The notes under the pieces were generated by a model. The model was not told the origin of the DNA, made no database searches, and saw only the letters and a list, made by a program, of their open reading frames with translations. Source: Macrostomum lignano (taxonomy: Eukaryota). From it: DNA of 64,000 nucleotides. The first letter of the stretch is position 1; each line of letters begins with the position of its first letter. The translations under genes were made by a program, and so were the position numbers. The stretch spans positions 412,416-476,415 of the forward strand of contig NIVC01000225.1 in assembly GCA_002269645.1 (NCBI GenBank). Reading direction: 5' to 3'. Below are positions 36,448-55,400 of the stretch, one piece after another.

Positions 36448-38891
36448 TAAGTTGTACATGTATGATTTTTTCTATCAACTATTCTATCAACTATTCCATT
36501 TAATTTTCCATCAACTTTTCTGTCAACTATTCCATTAACTATTCTATCAACTTTTCTATTGACTTTTCTGTCAACTTTTGCCTTAACTTTTCTATTATTC
36601 TTTATACTATTTGCATATTTGTCTTTGAAAATTATTGAACTACATTATTGGTATTTTTAATTCAATTTATTTAAATGCACAAAAGCATTTCCATTTTTTG
36701 CTTTAATGTACACTTATTAGTTATATTTCCAATTTTTTTGTTTTTAAATGCATTTACAGAGGCATTATCATTGAGGGAGGCAAAGAAAAACTATGGGCCG
36801 ACTGAGACATATGCCAACAATGTACTTTTTTTGTCCTTCCCCTAACCCCATCTTGTAAAATGTTATGGTAATCAATAATTTTGTTTTAGGAAGGCAACAA
36901 AACATAGTGCTTGCAGTGCCATAATGAGCATTGACAATACCAATTCTAAAAATAATGTACATGTAGGAATTTAAGTCATAAAATGTACATATAAAATTCT
37001 TGGCTCTATCCCTCAATTTCTAGTCCTTACCATATAATCCATGCATGGTAAATGCCATTGGTGCATGTTTTTAGTATATATCATCTTTATGCATTTCATA
37101 TACATGTATATATATAGATCAACTACATGCACATATAGCAAGGCAACATGCAATATTTTCATTAAATATGCACCACATTATTATAAGACATGCATGTATA
37201 TAACAATATAAATATATGTACAAATAGATAAACAATACATGTACAATTGCAATACAAATTAACAAGTATACAATGTATACATATATACAAATAGTAAGCA
37301 GAAATATCATTTAACTTCTCTAGCATATATTTTGTACTATAAATTTTAGCATTTTTTATTTATCTTCAATTTAAGCATGCAAAAAATTTGCAAGGGAAAT
37401 TTAAAAAAATATCACATTCAATCCATTTGGTACATGGCCAGAAAAGTTGACAGAATAGTTAACAGAATAGTTGTTAGAAAAGTTGACAGAATAGTTGATA
37501 AAATATTTGACAGAAAAGTTTATGGAAGAGTAAACAGAAAAGTTGACAAAAAATTGATAGATAAAGTTTTATATCCATCTTACTAGAATAGTTTATGGAA
37601 AAATAAATGGAAAACTTGATAGAAAAGTAAATGGAAGTTATACTTATAATTTTCAAATATGATAATTGGCCAAAATGCATAGATATTTGCACTAGTGTTC
37701 TGCCATAAGGAGGGTCTATGTACCATAGCCAAGCCATAGCCGTAAGCAAAACTATGGCTTATTCCAATTATCCATATTCCATAGCCATAGAGACCCTAAT
37801 TTTACCATATTCCCATAGTTCCTATAGCCATAGTCATAGTTTTAACAAAAAGTCTAGGAAACAAGCATTTTAAATCAGGAAGATAACTGGTTGCTTAAAC
37901 AATTGAAAATTAAGGTAGAAAATGAAACAAACACTCCATTGCCTTTATAAGATTTTATTTCATCTTTTTACAAAGAGTAACAATACTACTAAAAGTACTA
38001 TTGCTAAACTTTTTCACATTAATAAAAGTTAGAGTTTGCTAGTGTTTTATTGTACTTTATTAGGTATAATCTAAGTTTCTATGTCTATAATACAGTTTAC
38101 CAAAGTATCTTTGTTTTACTCTACTTGTTTCTAATTTTTTTAATTATTAACTACAGCTACAGGAATCTATGGAATATGACAGCAACTACCATATTTCTAT
38201 CGTCATAGCCATAAGAGCAGCTATCTACTGTAGACGTATCTACAGTAGCTAAAGATTTACTTTTTCTAAAGCACACTAATTTGCACTATCTCTTATTTGG
38301 GAATATTTGCTCAGCTTTTGCACTTAGCAAACTTTGCCACTTATGTGCTTAGCTATGATAGACTAAGTCTATCATAAGCTATGAAGCCATATACAGCATT
38401 GTAGTATTCCTTTTCTCTTTTGTGTATCATATTGCCATCATACTGCAAAAATGGCATAATTTCCAATAGGGCTTGAAACAAATTCAAACAAAAACAAAAT
38501 TCAGATTCATTAATAGTCTATAAAATTGTTTTATTGATCCATCATAAATATAAATTGTTGTTGTTACAACTTAAAAATCCATTATACTATAAGATAGGTG
38601 ACTACAAACCTGGATAGCAATAGAGGTTATACTTTAGTGCTTATTTAGCCAACTTCAACCTATTAAGTATTAGATAAAATTTGCAAAACAAATGCCAAGA
38701 TATAAAGGTATGAAATTGTTTGCAATGTGGTTTCTTTTTAACTGATTTTTCAATCTTCATTACAGTAAGAGTGTTTAATTCAATGCAACTAGCATCGAGG
38801 CTGCTATAAAGCTATTGAAAAAACTAGTTGGAATTGGTAGTTTAACTTTTCCAACATAACCTATCTTGTTCTAAAGTGTTTATATCAAGCC

Positions 38892-45018
<6,127 letters not shown>

Positions 45019-46633
45019 CCTTTTCAGTTTAGGGCGATGATGATCAATTAAACTTTATTGTGTCGAATTAGTTGAGCCAGATCGTCTAAAGCTCTCTATC
45101 GCAAAGGGGATTAGGCAGTGTTTTTTTCCTGTAAGAAATCGTGCGCATAGTCAATTGGTATTGTTTACTTTTCTTTATCCAACGGCATTATTATTATTAT
45201 TCACTCAACTGTCTTTTTTCTATTGTTTAAAACAAAACAAAATATGCTAATTTTCAAAAAAATATTAAAGTTCACTTTGACATTAAAATCTTCTAACTTA
45301 AGAGTACAATCCGTGTACTTTAAACCCGCGAGTCTGTGGCGAGATAAATTCAAACGTAAATTCAGAGACGGCACCGTTGGCCTTTGTATTTATTGTAGAA
45401 AGTTGTGCCGTTCTGCTTTGCATGACTTTTTCCTATTTCTTTGCTTTAAAATTTGTTCATAAAAAGACAGCCTGGCTTTTGCAAAGCGCTTAATACTCGT
45501 ATTATTCTTGTTCAAAAAACGCACATTTGATTTAGGTTGAGTAATAGCGTCCACATTGTTGTTTGCATTTTTCTTTTGAGTTCGAATTTATTATAGTTCG
45601 GCTCGTTATTCAATCCAGTTAATGCAAAACCGCGAATCAATGTCCATGAAACTGGTAATTTGTTTAAATGAAAGAGTGCCGGCTTTTTTACATCCTGAGT
45701 GCCGCTGGTTATATAAGCACGAAGCAGATACAAAAATTTGTTTTCAAGCCGAGGCACGCGTATTTGACTAGAATGTGCATTAAATTTGACCTAGTTTCAT
45801 TCTATTCCAACAAAAATATAAAACATTTTTGCAATAGTCTTACAACCACAGAATAAGAAGTTGTACGTTGGATCTGTATCAAATTTATTTGCATATTTAT
45901 TATATATTAATATATTCATAAAAACTTCCTGAATATGGAAATCAATTCGTTTATTAATTTAGTATTTCTTCAAATGTCTGCGTCTTCTTAGTTTTATTTC
46001 TTATAAGCAAAAAAATTCTCATCGAATGGGACGCTGCAATGGTTCCCTGCGATTTTTCAATTTTATTTCGCTGTGCGCTGAATATAAGCCACACATCACC
46101 CGGCTATGTTTAAGAGCAAACATTTTTACACTGATCTACATCTGTATTGATCAATAATACTAAATGATACAAATTTCTCACTAGTGTTCTGGAATATCGA
46201 AGCAGAACGTATCCAATCTCAGTCGACGGAGTTTAAATTATGTATTAAGTAGTGGAATTACATGTAGATTGTATTTTAAACAGTTAAATACTTTTTAGTC
46301 GAAGATAGTTATGCACTTAATAAATATTTTAAGATTTAATAGTTTAGATTCCCTTAGTCGCGTGTCTTCTCACTCCTGTTTAGTTCATTAGCGTAATTAA
46401 AATAATGATAAAAATAATTTCTCTCTTTTAGAACACTATAAATTTACACACTTCTATAAACTACTTTCTTTTTTGTTAACTAACAAGATTTTTTTCTCGA
46501 GTAAAAATAATTTGTTTTGTCACGTAGCTGGGGACAATATAAATGCGCGCACCAATTTAAGTTTGTTTGTTACCTTAGCTACCAGTGACAGTCAGACATA
46601 GGATCTTTTACTACTTTAGTAGTCTGCCCTACC

Positions 46634-49600
46634 ATGTCTACTACTATTGAGCGCGATCTAAGCATGACTGATAAGCGCATGCCCACAAATGATCTGTTTC
46701 AAACAAGCGCAGGAGTTGGCCACCATTGGCGACCAGGATACTACTTTCCTGATTCAGGTTTTACGGTAAGCTTTATAATGATAAAAACTGTCTTTAACTG
46801 TTACGTTTTAATTCATTATGGAGCAATTGATGTAGTAGAAATCGTATATGATTAAAGCATTATTATAACATAGAATTATTCTTTTAACTGTATTTCCGTT
46901 GCGTAAATTCTATATTGTGCAAAGTCTGTATTGTGTATATTGTATATTGTGTATATAGTATAGTCTTTAAGATAGGCCTATTAACCTGACACTTTGTTGA
47001 TTATATACAGAAACTTTATCTCTCAGTATTATAAACAGTTTAATAGTAGACCACTTAGAACTTTTTGTGTTTGTATGTATTTTATCACTTGACAAAAATG
47101 ATCTTTTTATTATTTTGACTTGTCTGTGACCTGTGATTAGCATTGCAGAATTAGTACATTAGGATTAGTTGTAATTTGTAAGTTAAGTTAAAGTTAATTA
47201 GAATTAGTTGTACATTAGTACAGTAGGATTAGTTGTAAGTTAAAAAGCCTATGCAACTTCCAATTTGAAAAAATTCAGATTATATTTGTGTCTTCCAATT
47301 AGTTTTAATCATTGTTCTGCCTTTTTTTCAATAAACAGCAATTAAATGTAAATCTACTATTTTAATTAGGACTAATTTAAGACCAAATTAAACCTAATGA
47401 TTTTAAGACTTAGAACTTTCAAATCAACTTACTAACAATTTTTTAGTCATGTTTATTGTTCTTTTGTTTATTTCTACACACTCATCATTATGTTTGCAGT
47501 GATAATTTCTTGTAGGAACCAAATTATTTCAGAATGCAAAAATGTATATGATACTTCATTTATTCAATGTTGATATTTTAACCATCTATTTAAAATGCTT
47601 TCTTAGCCTAAATGCTATTGTTTAAATTTTTAGGCCGCATCGACCCAGCCTCTGCCTGACGAGCTGACCAGACCTTCTAGAGTGCGACCAGATGAGCTGT
47701 ACACGACCACAAGTGCCAGCGCTCACGAGCCGAAGAGGCCCACAGCCCCACTTAATCGCGACATTGAGTTTAAGCGTGCCCCGGCTCTGTACAATGTGCA
47801 CTTTCTGAAGGATCACAAAGAGAAGGTGCACACTCAGAGTTGAAAAATCTATAATAGATTTGGTAGATTGCATCATTTCTCAGATAGATTTGGTAGATCG
47901 CATCATTTCTCAGATAGATTTGGTAGATTGCATCATTTCTCAGATAGATTTGGTAGATTGCATCATTTCTCAGATAGATTTGATAGATTGCATCATTTCT
48001 CAGATAGATTGCATCATTTCTCAGATAGATTTGGTAGATTGCATCATTTCTCAGATAGATTTGGTAGATCGCATCATTTCTCAGATAGATTTGATAGATT
48101 GCATCATTTCTCAGATAGATTGAATCATTTCCCAGATAGATTTGGTAGACTGCATCATTTCTCAAATGGATTTGGTAGACTGCATCATTTCTCAAATGGA
48201 TTTGGTAGACTGCATCATTTCTCAAATCGATTTGGTAGACTGCATCATTTCCCATATAGATTTGGTAGACTGCATCATTTCTCAGATAGATTTGGTAGAT
48301 TGAATCATTTCCCAGATAGATTTGGTAGATTGCATCATTTCTCAGATAGATTTGGTAGATTGCATCATTTCTCAGATAGATTTGGTAGATTGAATCATTT
48401 ACCAGATAGATTTGGTAGATTGCATCATTTCTCAAATGGATTTGGTAGACTGCATCATTTCTCAAATGCATTTGGTAGATTGAATCATTTCCCAGATAGA
48501 TTTGGTAGATTGCATCATTTCTCAGATAGATTTGGTAGACTGCATCATTTCTCAGATAGATTTGGTAGATTGAATCATTTCCCAGATAGATTTGGTAGAT
48601 TGCATCATTTCTCAGATAGATTTGGTAGACTGCATCATTTCTCAGATAGATTTGGTAGATTGAATCATTTCCCAGATAGATTTGGTAGACTGCATCATTT
48701 CTCAGATAGATTTGGTAGACTGCATCATTTCTCAAATGCATTTGGTAGACTGCATCATTTCCCAGATAGATTTGGTAGACTGCATCATTTCTCAGATAGA
48801 TTTGGTAGACTGCATCATTTCTCAAATGGATTTGGTAGACTGCATCATTTCCCAGATAGATTTGGTAGACTGCATCATTTCTCAAATCGATTTGGTAGAC
48901 TGCATCATTTCCCATATAGATTTGGTAGACTGCATCATTTCTCAAATGGATTTGGTAGACTGCATCATTTCTCAGATAGATTTGGTAGACTGCATCATTT
49001 CTCAGATAGATTTGGTAGACTGCATCATTTCTCAGATAGATTTGGTAGACTGCATCATTTCCCATATAGATTTGGTAGACTGCATCATTTCTCAGATAGA
49101 TTTGGTAGACTGCATCATTTCTCAGATAGATTGCATCATTTCTCAGATAGATTTGGTAGACTGCATCATTTCTCAGATAGATTTGGTAGACTGCATCATT
49201 TCTCAGATAGATTTGGTAGACTGCATCATTTCTCAGATAGATTTGGTAGACTGCATCATTTCTCAGATAGATTTGGTAGACTGCATCATTTCTCAGATAG
49301 ATTTGGTAGACTGCATCATTTCTCAGATAGATTTGGTAGACTGCATCATTTCTCAGATAGATTTGGTAGACTGAATCATTTCTCAGATAGATTTGGTAGA
49401 TTGAATCATTTCCCAGATAGATTTGGTAGATTGCATCATTTCTTAGATAGATTTGGTAGACTGCATCATTTCTCAGATAGATTTGGTAGATTGCATCATT
49501 TCTCAGATAGATTTGGTAGATTGCATCATTTCTCAGATAGATTGCATCATTTCTCAGATACATTTGATAGATTGCATCATTTCTCAGATACATTTGATAG

Positions 49601-52600
49601 ATTGCATCATTTCTCAGGTAGATTGCATCATTTCTCAGATACATTTGATAGATTGCATCATTTCTCAGATAGATTGCATCATTTCTCAGATAGATTTGGT
49701 CGATTGCATCATTTCTCATATAGATTTGGAAGATTGCATCATTTCTCAGATAGATTTGGTAGATTGCATCATTTCTCAGATAGATTTAGTAGATTGCATC
49801 ATTTCTCAAGTGTCTCGCGAAATGTCCAATCGCGAAACAAGCAAGAATCGAACCAACAACCCTATATTTCTTTCTCAGCTGGGTCACGGCGGCTGGCGCC
49901 GACCCCTCAGCCCGAGTCACCAGCTCACGGAGACCCAGGAAGAATTCCGTAACCAGCCATCCCTAAGCGAGCCAAACAACTGGGGCAGCAAGCCGCAGCC
50001 ATTCCTGCTCAGGTAAGTATTTTCCATATAACTGTATCCGGAAGTCACTCTTTCTGTTCTTGAAGACCTTGAAGATCGTTGACCAATGTCCCATCGTACC
50101 AGGGACCATCACGGCGAAGGCTCCACTAAATTGGGCGTCGCCTCAACGCAGAATCCCAAGCTGAAAGGTCGCCCGCTGTTCCCCAAGGACAAGGAGGTGC
50201 TCAGGGGCCTGGACATGTACCTAACCACCAACGATCGAGCTCACCGCCGATTCGATCCCAAGGAGTTGTCGGGCTACGCCAAAAAGGACATTGCCACCTA
50301 CTGGGACTGCGAGGAATATCCTAAGGCCTGGGGCCACGGGCCTCACGAGAAGTGAGTTCAGTGTCATGCGATTCTGCCTACTCCTCCGCTGGCTCCTGAG
50401 CACGTACAAATGCACCAATACTGTACGCAGGCACAGCACTCATGCACACGCGCATACAGGATTTTTTGCAGCGGTGCCTGTCACGTTATTTGATGTTGGC
50501 CGTGACCCTTGAAAGGGCCGTTTTTGTCCCAAAATAAGTTGAAGTCAACTTAGGCGAAGTGGATGGTGTAGCGGAGCACTTGGCAATAAGGGCAGGAAAC
50601 TGCCGTAGTCGTTTTATTATCAATATAAATAGTAAGTTTGGTTGTTACTGGCAAATAAAAAACTATTGCTTTCTGGGCACTGGCGGCTGCAACAATGGTT
50701 TCTTTTTTGAAGATAAGTTGGATGTGAGTTCAAGCGACAGACGAGTGATGTAATGGCGACGTAACGTGATGATCAATGGCAATGAATACAGTGAAGGCAG
50801 TGAGACGTAGTAGGCAGATGAGCAGTGGCGAGGTTGGCGTCAGTCGTGGCGTGAGGTAAGGAGGCTCGAGGCAGCCAGACAGAGAGAAGGAAAACAAGGC
50901 TAGACGAGGCTAGGCAAGCCAGACGGGACGGAGGCAAGCCTAAGGAGAGAGAACACAGAACACAAGAACAGGGACGAGCAGGGAGAGCGAGAAGAGAGAA
51001 GTGAAACCCCCCAGCCCGCCAGGCGAAGGTTTAATAAAGGAGCGCAGAGGGGTGGTAGCGCGAAGCACGAGTGGTTTTCATTGGCTGGCGAGAGAACTTA
51101 AAATTATCGATCGTGCCAATTTTATACGGTCGCGAGAGAGGATAGTAAAATATACAGTGAATTAGAAATTGCCACAACATCGTTGGGCACTACTACAAGT
51201 AAACGTCGCAATAAACAAATGGAAAAGTTTAGTTGAAACGGTGAAACTGAAGGGTTGAAACTATAGAGAAACAGCAGTCCAACGGCCCTTTTCGGGACCA
51301 CCTTAAACTGACAACGTCACAGTGCCAGCACCCCAACTCCAACCCCAACCCTAACAGCAACCCGAACTCCAACTCTAGCACCAACCCCAACCCCAACCCC
51401 AACATCAACTACAACCCCAATCCCAACACCAACCCTAACCTCAACCCCAACCCCCTCATAAAACCCCAAAACCAACCCCCAAAACCAACCCCAACATCAA
51501 CTACAACCCCAACCCCAACACCAGCGCCAACTCCAACCCCAAAACCAACCCCAACATCAACTAAAACCCCAAACCCGACACCAACCCAACACCACCCAAC
51601 ACCAACACCAACCCAACACCAAACCAACACCAACCCAACAACAACACCAACACCAACCCAACACCAACCCAGCACCAACCCAGCACCAACCCAACACCAA
51701 TCCGCAGTCTGCTGCCGAAGCACGCTGTTCCCGGGACCGGCTGCCCATGCGGGACGAGCTGCGCTTCAAGTCGGCCACCTCGGTGCGCCGAGTGCCGCAG
51801 AGGCTGCCGCCGCCGGCCCACACAGGCATGAAGACTCTGTACTCGGACTCGTACGCCCGGCCGTCCGATGCTCGAGTGAAGGAGGCCCGGGAGTGTCCAG
51901 TTGATACGCCGTGGATGTTGCCAGGTAATGCGGTGTGGGGGTTGGGTTTGCTATGTAGGATATTGGAGAGGCTTTTTGTGCTAGGAATCAAAGAAATCAG
52001 CTTAGAGGTTAATCCAATCACTCTGTTGGATTAGCTAGTAGGTTAATCAAAGCACTCTTGTGGATTAGCTAGTAGGTTAATCAAATCACTCTGGTGGATT
52101 AGCTAGTAGGTTAATCCAAGCACTTTGATGGATTAGCTAGTAGGTTAATCCAATCACTCTGTTGGATTAGCTAGTAGGTTAATCAAATCACTCTGGTGGA
52201 TTAGATGGTAGGTTAATCCAATCACTCTGGTGGATTAGCTAGTAGGTTAATCCAATCACTCTGGTGGATTAGCTAGTAGTTTAATCCAATCACTCTGGTG
52301 GATTAGCTAGTAGGTTAATCCAATCACTCTGGTGGATTAGCTAGTAGGTTAATCCAATCACTCTGGTGGATTAGCTAGTAGGTTAATCCAATAACTCTGA
52401 TGGATTAGCTTGTAGGTTAATCCAATCACTCTGGTGGATTAGCTAGTAGGTTAATCCAATGACTCTGATGGATTAGCTAGTAGGTTAATCCAAGCACTTT
52501 CATAGATTAGCAAGTAGGTTAATCCAATCACTCTGGTGGATTAGCTAGTAGGTTAATCAAATCACTCTGGTGGATAAGATAGTAGGTTAATCAAATCACT

Positions 52601-52937
52601 CTGGTGGATTAGCTAGTAGGTTAACCAAATCACTCTGGTGGATTGGCTAGTAGGTTAATCCAACCACTCTGGTGGATTAGCTAGTAGGTTAATCCAATCA
52701 CTCTGGTGGATTGGCTAGTAGATTGTTTCAATCCCAAAATTCTAAAGAGATTAAATATATAACGCCAGGGCTGTAGTGGATTGTCTGAGTGCGTGCATAT
52801 CTAAGCTTGGCATCACGTGACCCACCTACCGCCCACCCCCCTCCGCAGCCCCGGGCGCCCGCAGCGCGATGGCCGCCCCGCAGATGTACAAGACCGAGTA
52901 CCAGAGCGTAGGCAGCAAGAAAACCATCACAGTCTGA
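46634..52937 (+). CDS. Uncharacterised ~337-aa protein, possibly a ciliary/sperm microtubule-inner-protein type; exons 46634-46765, 47634-47825, 49879-50012, 50103-50351, 51708-51924, 52849-52937; apparent 1-nt deletion near 51730
   Basis: Consensus splice sites and open frames in all six exons; short motifs LYTTTSASAH, TETQEEF, YLTTNDRAHRRF, KTLYSDSY, YKTEYQSV resemble SAXO/Mn-type repeats (inference); AATAAA at 53081. Summed CDS is 1013 nt, one short of a multiple of 3. Family not recognised. Confidence 0.7.
47852..49810. repeat. 30-bp minisatellite, about 65 copies with 21-bp deletion variants, intron 2 of the uncharacterised gene
   Basis: Unit TAGATTTGGTAGATTGCATCATTTCTCAGA. Confidence 0.97.
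50479..51321 (-). mobile_element. Solo LTR of family A with 5-bp TSD
   Basis: GTGCC|TGTCACGTT...AACGTCACA|GTGCC (TSD at 50474-50478 and 51322-51326); homologous to 16349-17161; strand taken from the PBS of the other copy. Confidence 0.92.
51327..51700. repeat. Degenerate C/A-rich hexamer repeat (ACCCCA/CCAACA)
   Basis: Direct reading; intronic, ends at the acceptor 51707. Confidence 0.85.
52010..52720. repeat. 34-bp minisatellite, last intron of the uncharacterised gene
   Basis: Unit GGATTAGCTAGTAGGTTAATCCAATCACTCTGGT. Confidence 0.95.
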
Positions 52938-53080
52938 GCTGCGAATCGCAGTCTGCGAGCAACATTTGTACTTTTGTTTTTTCCTGTCTTTTATTGCTAA
53001 ACAATGGGAATCCATTTGTACTTATTATATACCAGTTTTTAATTTCTTCGCCTCCCTCTGCTTCTTTCTCTCTCGTGCTT

Positions 53081-53086
53081 AATAAA
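53081..53086 (+). terminator. Polyadenylation signal AATAAA
   Basis: About 144 nt after the stop codon at 52937. Confidence 0.55.
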
Positions 53087-53197
53087 GTTGCGTTTTTTCA
53101 AATCAGAAGCGATCGACGCTACTTTATAATATCAGAGATTTTTGTGCTAGAAATGTACGACAATAGACTGGCTTAGTGTTTGATCCCAGGTCTCCTA

Positions 53198-53720
53198 TGG
53201 ATTAGCTCTTACGTTAATCCGAGCAATCTAATGGATTAGCTCTTAGGTTAATCCGAGCAATCTAATGGATTAGCTCTTAGGTTAATCCGAACACTAATGG
53301 ATTAGCTCTTACGTTAATCCGAGCAATCTAATGGATTAGCTCTTAGGTTAATCCAAGCAATATAATGGATTAGCTCGTAGGTCAATCCGAACACTAATGG
53401 ATTAGCGAATGGGTTAATCCGAGAAATCTAATGGATTAGCGAATGGGTTAATCCGAGCAATCTAATGGATTAGCTCGTAGGTTAATCCGAACACTAGTGG
53501 ATTAGCTAGTGGGTTAACTGAGCAATCTAATAGATTAGCGAATGGGTTAATCCGAGCAATCTAATGGATTAGCTCTTAGGTAAATCCGAACGCTAATGGA
53601 TTAACTCCTAGGTAAATCCGAATGCTAATGGATTAGCTCTTAGGTTAATCCAAGCAATATAATACATTAACGAGTGGGTTAATCCCTGTACACTGAAATC
53701 GGGATTAGCTCGTAAGTTAA
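53198..53720. repeat. 34-bp minisatellite related to 52010-52720
   Basis: Unit GGATTAGCTCTTAGGTTAATCCGAGCAATCTAAT. Confidence 0.92.
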
Positions 53721-54374
53721 TACCAATTAGTTGGAATTATTACAAAACAGAAACAATTCAATGATGTTCGGCAGTGGAGAAAATTCGTTAATAGGCCTTC
53801 AAATTATTATTTATAATTTTGAAGTACAAAATTTCCAATTTTTCTCTTAGAAATAAACTTTTTTATAAAAATTTTCGAATATTAATTAGGTACCCCTTCT
53901 TTCCTTTACTGTCTACTTTTATAAGTAGCGAGTTTAGCTTGGTTATATTATAATTAAAAAACCGGATGTTTCATGAGATTAATGCCGTAAAATATTTCTT
54001 TGTTTAATTTAACATACATATGCCAGCTTACTTTTCACTAACTGATTGCGTGGACACTGTAATAAATTATTTTTTAAACTTTTTTCCGAGATTTCGTCAC
54101 CTCAGCCATGTCGGGATGCTTTCAATTTAGATCGAAATATACGACATAAAAAACTAACAGTTAATATATGTAAATCTCGTTGTAAGCGAAAATGATAATG
54201 AAATAAAAATGCTTAGAACTATTTTTACTTTTCGTTTGGTTAACTATACAAATTTGGCTGAGTACTGTAGCGAGGTTACTGGTAGTCTGTTTACAATCGT
54301 TACACTATGAAATGGTTGTAAGCCAGGAAATCTCATATCCCAGAATTCTGCATTTTTAAAGTGATCCCTACAAA

Positions 54375-54780
54375 TTTCCTTCAGTGATCCATGAAAATCC
54401 TACTTCAGGTTTCCTTCAGTGATCCATGTAAATCCTACTTCAGGTTTCCTTCAGTGATCTATGTAAATCCTACTTCAGGTTTCCTTCAGTGATCCATGTA
54501 AATCCTACTTCAGGTTTCCTTCAGTGATCCATGTAAATCCTACTTCAGATTTCCTTCAGTGATCCATGTAAATCCTCCTTCAGGTTTCCTTCAGTGATCT
54601 ATGTAAATCCTACTTCAGGTTTCCTTCAGTGATCTATGTAAATCCTACTTCAGGTTTCCTTCAGTGATCCATGTAAATCCTCCTTCAGGTTTCCTTCAGT
54701 GATCTATGTAAATCCTACTTCAGGTTTCCTTCAGTGATTCAAGTACATGTAAATCCTCCTTCATGGTCTTTCAGTGATCC
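54375..54780. repeat. 35-bp minisatellite (TTCCTTCAGTGATCCATGTAAATCCTACTTCAGGT)
   Basis: Period 35, about 11 copies. Confidence 0.94.
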
Positions 54781-54813
54781 ACTAAAATTCTTTCTAAGAT
54801 TAGAAATCAATTT

Positions 54814-55400
54814 TTGTACAAAATTAATATGCTAAAAATGCTACTATATGCTACTGAACTGAGTAGCTTAACAGCGCATGCCATATATTTTATCCAAATC
54901 TGCGCCAGAAACAAAATTGCCTCCAACCCTCATTGGTCCAGATTCACTGGCCAATGCAGAAGCGGTTGGCCCAAATATAACTTTGCAAACCTCGCAGGCC
55001 TCCGTGAGTTGAGGCTTGACAAAAAATCTGCAATCTGCATAGCAGAAGCTGTCAGGGCCTTCAGTCCCTTGTCAGTCAATCTCAAGACGCTTGGAAAACC
55101 TTTATTCAATAAACTTACTGAAGTTTCCCTACTATTCAGATGGTGAGTTTCTGCTGGCCATATGTTTATTGTATATGATTTTATTTATTAAGAATCAAAG
55201 CCCTCAGGTGTGAAGTGAATCGCAACAGTGAAGAAGACGATCGGTGAGGTCTTCCGGCTCTTTTGTTGGGAAGCCGGGAAATCTTCCATTAAAAAAACTT
55301 TGTGACTATAATAATACTATATTATTTTGTTATACTAATACTTTTACAACAGCAGTGACCATGAAGACCAGAGTGAGCAATATCGCAGAGCAGCATGGTA
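54814..55400 (+). CDS. Possible spliced 3' gene fragment (..55143, 55208-55243, ~55352-55400)
   Basis: A 110-aa ORF ends TG|GTGAGT; a 64-nt intron leads to CCCTCAG|; the frame continues WCEVNRNSEEDDR|SDHEDQSEQYRRAAW* followed by AATAAA. No recognisable homology. Confidence 0.25.

Larger units (their letters stand above)
34020..37640. repeat. Blocks of degenerate 12-bp subrepeats (TTCCATCAACTT / AAGTTGATGGAA) in two inverted pairs
   Basis: Plus orientation at ~34020-34260 and ~36470-36600; reverse orientation at ~34670-34795 and ~37440-37640. Confidence 0.6.

Noticed and set aside
47770-49952. 649-aa and 694-aa ORFs
   Set aside because: Stop-free frames of the 30-bp intronic array; only the flanks overlap real exons or splice regions.
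51327-51700. Interstitial telomeric repeat
   Set aside because: Mostly ACCCCA/CCAACA variants with only occasional CCCTAA; better described as low-complexity sequence.
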